Positions 54,258 to 59,296 of a stretch of 59,296 nt of DNA are shown piece after piece (the first letter of the stretch is position 1; every line of letters starts with the position of its first letter). The notes under the pieces are model-generated. The model was given only the letters and a program-made list of their open reading frames with translations, ran no database searches and had not been told where the DNA came from. Made by a program: the position numbers and the translations under genes. Origin of the DNA: an uncultured Mycobacterium sp. (GTDB taxonomy: Bacteria; Actinomycetota; Actinomycetes; Mycobacteriales; Mycobacteriaceae); the NCBI GenBank assembly GCA_964498215.1, contig CAZCHU010000001.1, positions 1 to 59,296 on the forward strand, given 5' to 3'.

Positions 54258-55097
54258 ATGACCTCGGCGGCAGCGATTCCCACCGTCACGCTCAACGACG
54301 ACAACACGATGCCGGCGCTCGGCCTCAGTGTGGGCCAGTTGCCGGAGTCCGACACCGAAGCCGCTGTGCGGGCTGCGCTGGAAGCCGGCTACCGGCTGAT
54401 CGACACCGCAGCCGCAGACGGCAACGAGGAAGCGGTCGGGCGCGCGATCGCCGCGTCTGGGGTGCCCCGTGACGAGTTGTTCATCACGACGAAGCTGGCC
54501 ACTCAGGACCAGGGCTTCCAGTCGTCACAAGACGCCCTCCAGGCCAGCATCGAGCGGCTCGGCCTCGAGTACGTCGACCTGTACCTGATCCACTGGCCCG
54601 CCGGTAATCCGGACAAGTTCGTCAACAGCTGGGGCGGGATGATGAAGTCCAAGGAGGATGGCGGCACCCGCTCGATCGGCGTCAGCAACTTCCACGCCTC
54701 ACACCTCGATGACATCATCAGCCTTTCGTTCTTTCCCCCGGCCGTCAATCAGATCGAACTGCATCCGCGGCTGAATCAGGCCGAGCTTCGCGCGGTCAAC
54801 GCTGAGCACGGCATCGCCACCGAGGCTTACGGGCCCCTCGGCGGGGGTAACCTCCTCGAGAACGACGGGGTCACCGCAGTTGCCCGCACCCTGGGCAAGA
54901 CGCCGGCGCAGGTGCTCATTCGGTGGAACCTGCAGCTGGGCAACATCGTCGTTCCCCGCTCCTCATCCCCGGAGCGGATCAAGTCCAACCTCGAGGTATT
55001 CGACTTCGAACTGACCGACGATCAGATGGCTGCCCTCAACGGTCTCGACGACGGCACCAGATTCCGTCCGGACCCCGAGACCTACACCGGAAGCTGA
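54258..55097 (+). CDS. aldo/keto reductase (Rv2971-like)
   Basis: [22 protein letters not shown] and NQIELHP; the usual catalytic Tyr after DTAA is replaced here (DTAAADGNE). Confidence 0.92.
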   Translation: MTSAAAIPTVTLNDDNTMPALGLSVGQLPESDTEAAVRAALEAGYRLIDTAAADGNEEAVGRAIAASGVPRDELFITTKLATQDQGFQSSQDALQASIERLGLEYVDLYLIHWPAGNPDKFVNSWGGMMKSKEDGGTRSIGVSNFHASHLDDIISLSFFPPAVNQIELHPRLNQAELRAVNAEHGIATEAYGPLGGGNLLENDGVTAVARTLGKTPAQVLIRWNLQLGNIVVPRSSSPERIKSNLEVFDFELTDDQMAALNGLDDGTRFRPDPETYTGS

Positions 55098-55109
55098 CCG
55101 ACCGGTTCT

Positions 55110-55143
55110 CTACTAGGTCATGTAGTAGTAGTGCCGGTAAAGT
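55110..55143 (+). promoter_or_regulatory. BlaI/CopY-like palindromic operator plus -10 TAAAGT of a leaderless promoter
   Basis: CTACTA-N7-TAGTAG inverted repeat (55110-55128); TAAAGT at 55138-55143 is 7 nt before the ATG at 55151. Confidence 0.65.
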
Positions 55144-55150
55144 CCGTCAG

Positions 55151-55690
55151 ATGGGAACGCCGAAGTCACGCGCGCGCTCGTTGCGCGGCGGATTGGTCGG
55201 CATCGCCTCGGCCGTGATGACAATCGGCGCCCATGCCGCGGCCGGCGGTGGCGTCCCCAGTGGCGGAGCCTTGGTCATGTCGCTATTGGCCTGCGCCACC
55301 CTGGGAACGGCGGTCGGTAGTCTGCGGTTGGCCGGTCGCCAAGCCCGACGGCTGGCCACCCTAGCCGCGCTATGTGCCGCGCAGTTGCTGGGGCACGCGA
55401 TCTTGGTGGCGGCGGGCCACCAGCACGGCAGTGCGCAGGACCTGAGCGCGTCGATGACCGCCACCCATCTCGCGGCGGCCGCGATCCTGGCCGTCGCCAT
55501 CACCGCAGTCGAGCACTTATACCTGGTCTGCGCATCGGTACTGTGCTGGTTGCGGCTGTTCGCCGCGGCTGAAAGAGCCGCCGCCAAGCAGCTACGACGC
55601 GCGGTTGCGCGCGGTTTCGTCGCACAGTCGGCATTGCGGTGTCCGGGTCTGGGGATGCGTGCCCCACCCTTTGGTTGTATTGCCGCCTAG
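55151..55690 (+). CDS. His/Cys-containing membrane protein with a C-terminal RAPP motif (candidate arrest peptide)
   Basis: About 4 hydrophobic helices with HAAAGG, QLLGH, HQH and THL; ends CPGLGMRAPPFGCIAA. Confidence 0.75.
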   Translation: MGTPKSRARSLRGGLVGIASAVMTIGAHAAAGGGVPSGGALVMSLLACATLGTAVGSLRLAGRQARRLATLAALCAAQLLGHAILVAAGHQHGSAQDLSASMTATHLAAAAILAVAITAVEHLYLVCASVLCWLRLFAAAERAAAKQLRRAVARGFVAQSALRCPGLGMRAPPFGCIAA

Positions 55691-55774
55691 GTTCGGCATA
55701 CCCGCGGTCATGTCCGGCATGTCCGCCGAACACGACACCCTCAATCCGACCACCCCAAGTCGAAAGAAACTCAT

Positions 55775-56314
55775 ATGCCTGACAGCAGAATCCGCACCAT
55801 CGCCGGCGCTATCTTGGCCGCCGCCGCCCTTGTCAGTTCCGGTTGCACCTCATCGTCAGAACATCAGGACGACACCATGGCGTCCACTGTGACAATCGAG
55901 AATCAGTGGGCCAGCTCGGCGGACACGGGTATGGCCGCAGTCTTCGGAACGCTCAACAACACCGGACACCATGAAGCGCGTATCGTCGGCGGTGAGTCAC
56001 CGCTCGCCGGTCGCGTCGAAATTCACGAAGTCACGTCCGAAGGCACCGGTGCGAAAACAATGCGTCCCAAAGCGGGCGGTATCGCCGTACCCGCCGACGG
56101 CACACATGATCTGGTTCCCGGTGGCGACCACATCATGCTGATGGACCTCAGTCAGCCGCTGAAGCCGGGAGCTGATGTCGATCTCACGGTGATGTTCGAG
56201 GATGGTTCCACGCTGCCGGTCACAGCCCAGGTCCGCGATTTCCCGGGTGCCGACGAGGACTACCAACCGAACGCCGACACACCCGCCGAGGTGCCGCACC
56301 ACGATCATGGCTGA
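55775..56314 (+). CDS. copper chaperone PCu(A)C family lipoprotein
   Basis: Lipobox SSGC; HE...M...PGGDHIML copper motif; His-rich tail HHDHG. Confidence 0.92.
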   Translation: MPDSRIRTIAGAILAAAALVSSGCTSSSEHQDDTMASTVTIENQWASSADTGMAAVFGTLNNTGHHEARIVGGESPLAGRVEIHEVTSEGTGAKTMRPKAGGIAVPADGTHDLVPGGDHIMLMDLSQPLKPGADVDLTVMFEDGSTLPVTAQVRDFPGADEDYQPNADTPAEVPHHDHG

Positions 56315-57524
56315 CGCCCCGGAGCGCCGGGGCTTCACCGTCAAGCGGCGGCGCCTGCTCACCGGTGGCGCCGCAGCATTGGCCGCTGGTGCAGCCATCA
56401 CCCAGTGCAGCGCCGCCCAGTCCGCTGGTTCGGCACGTGAATCGCGCAGTGCGGCAGAGCCATTCCATGGTGTGCACCAGTCCGGCATCGTCACGCTCCC
56501 GCAAGCCCACGCGCTGTTCGTGGCACTTGATCTCAAGCCACTGCCGGATCGTGGGCCACTCGAGACTCTCGCGGCCGTTCTCAAATTGTGGACCGCCGAT
56601 GCTGCGCGGCTCACTCAGGGCCGGCCGGCACTGGCTGACACCGAGCCCGAATTGGCTTTACAGCCAGCACGGCTCACCGTCACCGTCGGCCTGGGTCCGA
56701 CGCTGTTCGAGCGTGTCGGGCTGACTCATCTGCAGCCACCGACGGCGAGCGAGTTGCCCGCGTTCTCGACCGATCGCCTAGACCCCACGTGGTCGGGCGG
56801 CGATATTCTGCTTCAGATCTGCGCCGATGATCCGGTGGTCGTCTCACACGCCAGTCGCGTCCTGCTCAAGAATGTGCGCAGCATGACTCGACAGCGTTGG
56901 CGACAGTCCGGTTATCGGCCCACGGTCGGTTCTGACCGCCCCGGGGGCAGCATGCGCAACCTGATGGGGCAGGTCGACGGGACCGCTAATCCGCATGATG
57001 CGGCGGCGTTCGACAGCCAGGTCTGGGATCGCGGCTCGGAGCAACCGTGGTTCGCGGGCGGCACCGTCCTGGTTCTTCGGCGAATTCGTGCCGAACTGGA
57101 CACCTGGGACGAACTTGACCGGGCAAGCAAGGAACTCACCATGGGTCGAAGGCTCGACAACGGCGCCCCGCTGACTGGCGAGCGCGAAACCGACGAACCC
57201 GACTTCTCCGCCAGCGTCAACGGTATTCCGGTGATTCCGCCCAATGCCCACATCGCACTGGCTCGACCTCACAACGACGGAGAACAGTTCCTGCGTAGGC
57301 CGTATAACTACGACGATCCCCCGGCCAATGGCCAAACCACAAATAGCGGACTGATCTTCGCCGCCTACCAACGGGATCCGGAACGACAGTTCATTCCCGT
57401 GCAGCGCCGACTCGCCGAAGCTGATGCGCTCAATCCGTGGGTGACGACGGTCGGCTCGGCCTTATTCGCGATGTTGCCGGGCGCTGCAGAGGACGGCTAC
57501 CTGGGAGAGACGCTGCTCGGATAG
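56307..57524 (+). CDS. Tat-exported DyP-type heme peroxidase (DtpA/EfeB-like)
   Basis: KRRRLL Tat motif, HQSGI, GQVDGTAN, proximal HIALA and RRPYNY. Confidence 0.92.
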   Translation: MADAPERRGFTVKRRRLLTGGAAALAAGAAITQCSAAQSAGSARESRSAAEPFHGVHQSGIVTLPQAHALFVALDLKPLPDRGPLETLAAVLKLWTADAARLTQGRPALADTEPELALQPARLTVTVGLGPTLFERVGLTHLQPPTASELPAFSTDRLDPTWSGGDILLQICADDPVVVSHASRVLLKNVRSMTRQRWRQSGYRPTVGSDRPGGSMRNLMGQVDGTANPHDAAAFDSQVWDRGSEQPWFAGGTVLVLRRIRAELDTWDELDRASKELTMGRRLDNGAPLTGERETDEPDFSASVNGIPVIPPNAHIALARPHNDGEQFLRRPYNYDDPPANGQTTNSGLIFAAYQRDPERQFIPVQRRLAEADALNPWVTTVGSALFAMLPGAAEDGYLGETLLG

Positions 57525-59029
57525 CGCTCCCCAATCTCATCGTCTTCCTCCGGGGGCTCGGGATCATCGGCGCCGCGGCGTCGCAGGTTGAGCACCGCTT
57601 CGACCGCCAGCACTAGGAGCAGCGAGACCCCGAAGGCCGGGAAGATCACCCCGAGCGCAACCGCGGCGATCGACACCGCCACCACAGTGCGTTTCGGCAT
57701 CGCGGCGCGGGTGGCGGAGCTGACCGAGCCAGGCAAGCCGGTGCCACCCGCAGGTCGCCGATTCCACCACATGAGGAAGCCGGTCAGCACGCTGGTCAAC
57801 ACACCCAGGCACGCGATGGTGCCCAGAATGCGGGTCACGACTCCCAATTGGTTGCCCATGTGCATCGCGATGCCCAAACTGGTCAACCGAGAAAGCACAC
57901 CATCGTTGTCTGCGGTGGCGTTGGCGATAGTCGCTCCGCTGAACTGGTCGAGATACAGGGTGCGCTGTTCGGACAACCTCTGCGGCCATGCGTTGACCAC
58001 CGCGTAGCTACCATATTCCGTCGTGCCGTCGGCGATGGAATTCGACGGCGGGATGATCGCGTAGCCCGGCACCATTCCTTCATCATCGGCGATCCGTTGA
58101 ATGTCGGCGAAAGACAGTCGCGACGCAACGTGACCGGCGGGTTGCGAGGAATACACCGGGTCGTCGGTGGCCGCCCACGCGATCCGTCGACCCAACCGGT
58201 CGTAGTCGCCCATCATCGCCGGCGTCGACGGGGCCTCAACGCTCGTCGATGGGGTCACCGTCGACGAGAATGCCCGCCAGTTCTCACCCCAGTACCGCGA
58301 CCAGGTCAGCCCGGACAAGATGTAGCCGATCAGGATGACCGCCAGCACGACGCCGGTGAGTGCGTGCAGATCCCGCCAGCGAATTCGGCCACCGCTGCCC
58401 CACCGCACCTTCAACAGTGGCTTCGTGGCTTCGATCGCCCGAGGCCACCATAGGTAGAGGCCACTGGCGAGCAACACCAGAATCCACACCGCGGTCACCT
58501 CCATCCAGAGGTTTCCGACACCGACGGAGATCGTGGCGTCCGGATACTCCGACGGGTTGATCAGATGACCTAATGACGGCAACTGAATCTTCGGCCCGTC
58601 ATTGCCGAACATCCGATGCACTTGGTTCGCGAAACCCACCAGGCCGGACAGCTGGCTGCGCTGCCCGAGGTACTGCCCGGTGTACGGGTTGACGAACACT
58701 TGGGTGAGATCGCTTTCCCCGGAGGGATTCTCGAGAGCTTCCGGAGGTATGAAGTCGACCCGGGTGGACCGTCCCGGACCGTCGGCCGGCGTGACCGCAT
58801 CCAGGGCGAAATCAACACCCACGTGCTGTTGGGCGGTCGCAACCTGATCGTCGAGCGGAACCGTGCCCTGCCCTTCGGTGACCACGAACAGGCCACGGTT
58901 CAGCCACGAGTCGAGCGGCTGGCTGTACAGAATGACCAGCCCCGAGCAAGCCAACACCACCAAGACCGGCGCGGCGAACAAGCCCACCCAGAGATGGAGG
59001 CGCCACGTGGTGTTCAGCGTCGATTTCAT
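57497..59029 (-). CDS. PepSY-associated TM helix domain protein
   Basis: WRLHLWVG, VFVNPYTG, SGLYLWWPR, RDLHA, LDQFSG and MHMG. Confidence 0.92.
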   Translation of the reverse strand: MKSTLNTTWRLHLWVGLFAAPVLVVLACSGLVILYSQPLDSWLNRGLFVVTEGQGTVPLDDQVATAQQHVGVDFALDAVTPADGPGRSTRVDFIPPEALENPSGESDLTQVFVNPYTGQYLGQRSQLSGLVGFANQVHRMFGNDGPKIQLPSLGHLINPSEYPDATISVGVGNLWMEVTAVWILVLLASGLYLWWPRAIEATKPLLKVRWGSGGRIRWRDLHALTGVVLAVILIGYILSGLTWSRYWGENWRAFSSTVTPSTSVEAPSTPAMMGDYDRLGRRIAWAATDDPVYSSQPAGHVASRLSFADIQRIADDEGMVPGYAIIPPSNSIADGTTEYGSYAVVNAWPQRLSEQRTLYLDQFSGATIANATADNDGVLSRLTSLGIAMHMGNQLGVVTRILGTIACLGVLTSVLTGFLMWWNRRPAGGTGLPGSVSSATRAAMPKRTVVAVSIAAVALGVIFPAFGVSLLLVLAVEAVLNLRRRGADDPEPPEEDDEIGERYPSSVSPR

Positions 59030-59296
59030 CGCGCGTTCACGGCATTGGTCGAAAATGTCGCATTCACGCCGATCAGGCTACTCAGCAGGGTGGCGGGTCG
59101 TGGGTCGTGGGCACCACCAACGACTACACCGTTCCCCCTGGCCCCGCAGCGGCCGCACTCGATCTGACCGAGCGCCTATATGGGCGGGGTTCGGAATTGT
59201 GACAGTCGCCCAACGGCGGGCTCCGGGGGAAGATAGCATCGTCCAATGCTCAATAAACGGGCACGTAGGCGAATGCTTTACGGTTATGGGTCAACG

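Noticed and set aside
59030-59296. Possible cobalamin riboswitch or RSPP-type uORF upstream of the PepSY gene
   Set aside because: GGGAACGGTG is only a partial match with no B12 box. The PRSPP frame is preceded by a stop and continues well past the motif. The region is also cut by the window edge

Overview
GC-rich chromosomal segment from a mycobacterium, most likely a rapid grower (Mycolicibacterium-like). It is collinear with the M. tuberculosis region of roughly Rv2880c-Rv2971: rlmN-cdsA-frr-pyrH-amidase-tsf-rpsB, M23 peptidase, xerC, dprA-comM-yraN, rnhB-lepB-rplS, trmD-rimM-khpA-rpsP, two tandem dacB-like genes, ffh, glnD-glnK-amtB, ftsY-smc-acyP-osmC-mutM-rnc-yceD-sepIVA, coaD-rsmD-pyc-vkor-dsbA-lipN and an aldo/keto reductase. 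Two accessory blocks stand out. (1) At 13.9-23.1 kb there is a haloalkane dehalogenase-like hydrolase, a glutaredoxin-like protein, a three-domain adenylation-carrier-acyltransferase-3 fusion preceded by an IdeR-like box, a TesB-like/CoA-transferase III pair, and a TetR plus ABC exporter. (2) At 55.1-59.0 kb there is a leaderless His/Cys-rich membrane protein ending in a RAPP arrest-peptide-like motif, preceded by a BlaI/CopY-like palindrome and followed by a predicted mRNA stem, a PCuAC copper chaperone, a Tat-exported DyP peroxidase and a convergent PepSY-TM protein. Block 2 is the best candidate for an undescribed, translation-arrest-controlled metal-handling system. I found no rRNA, tRNA, CRISPR array or IS element. 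All calls rest on motif recognition and recalled synteny; no searches were run.
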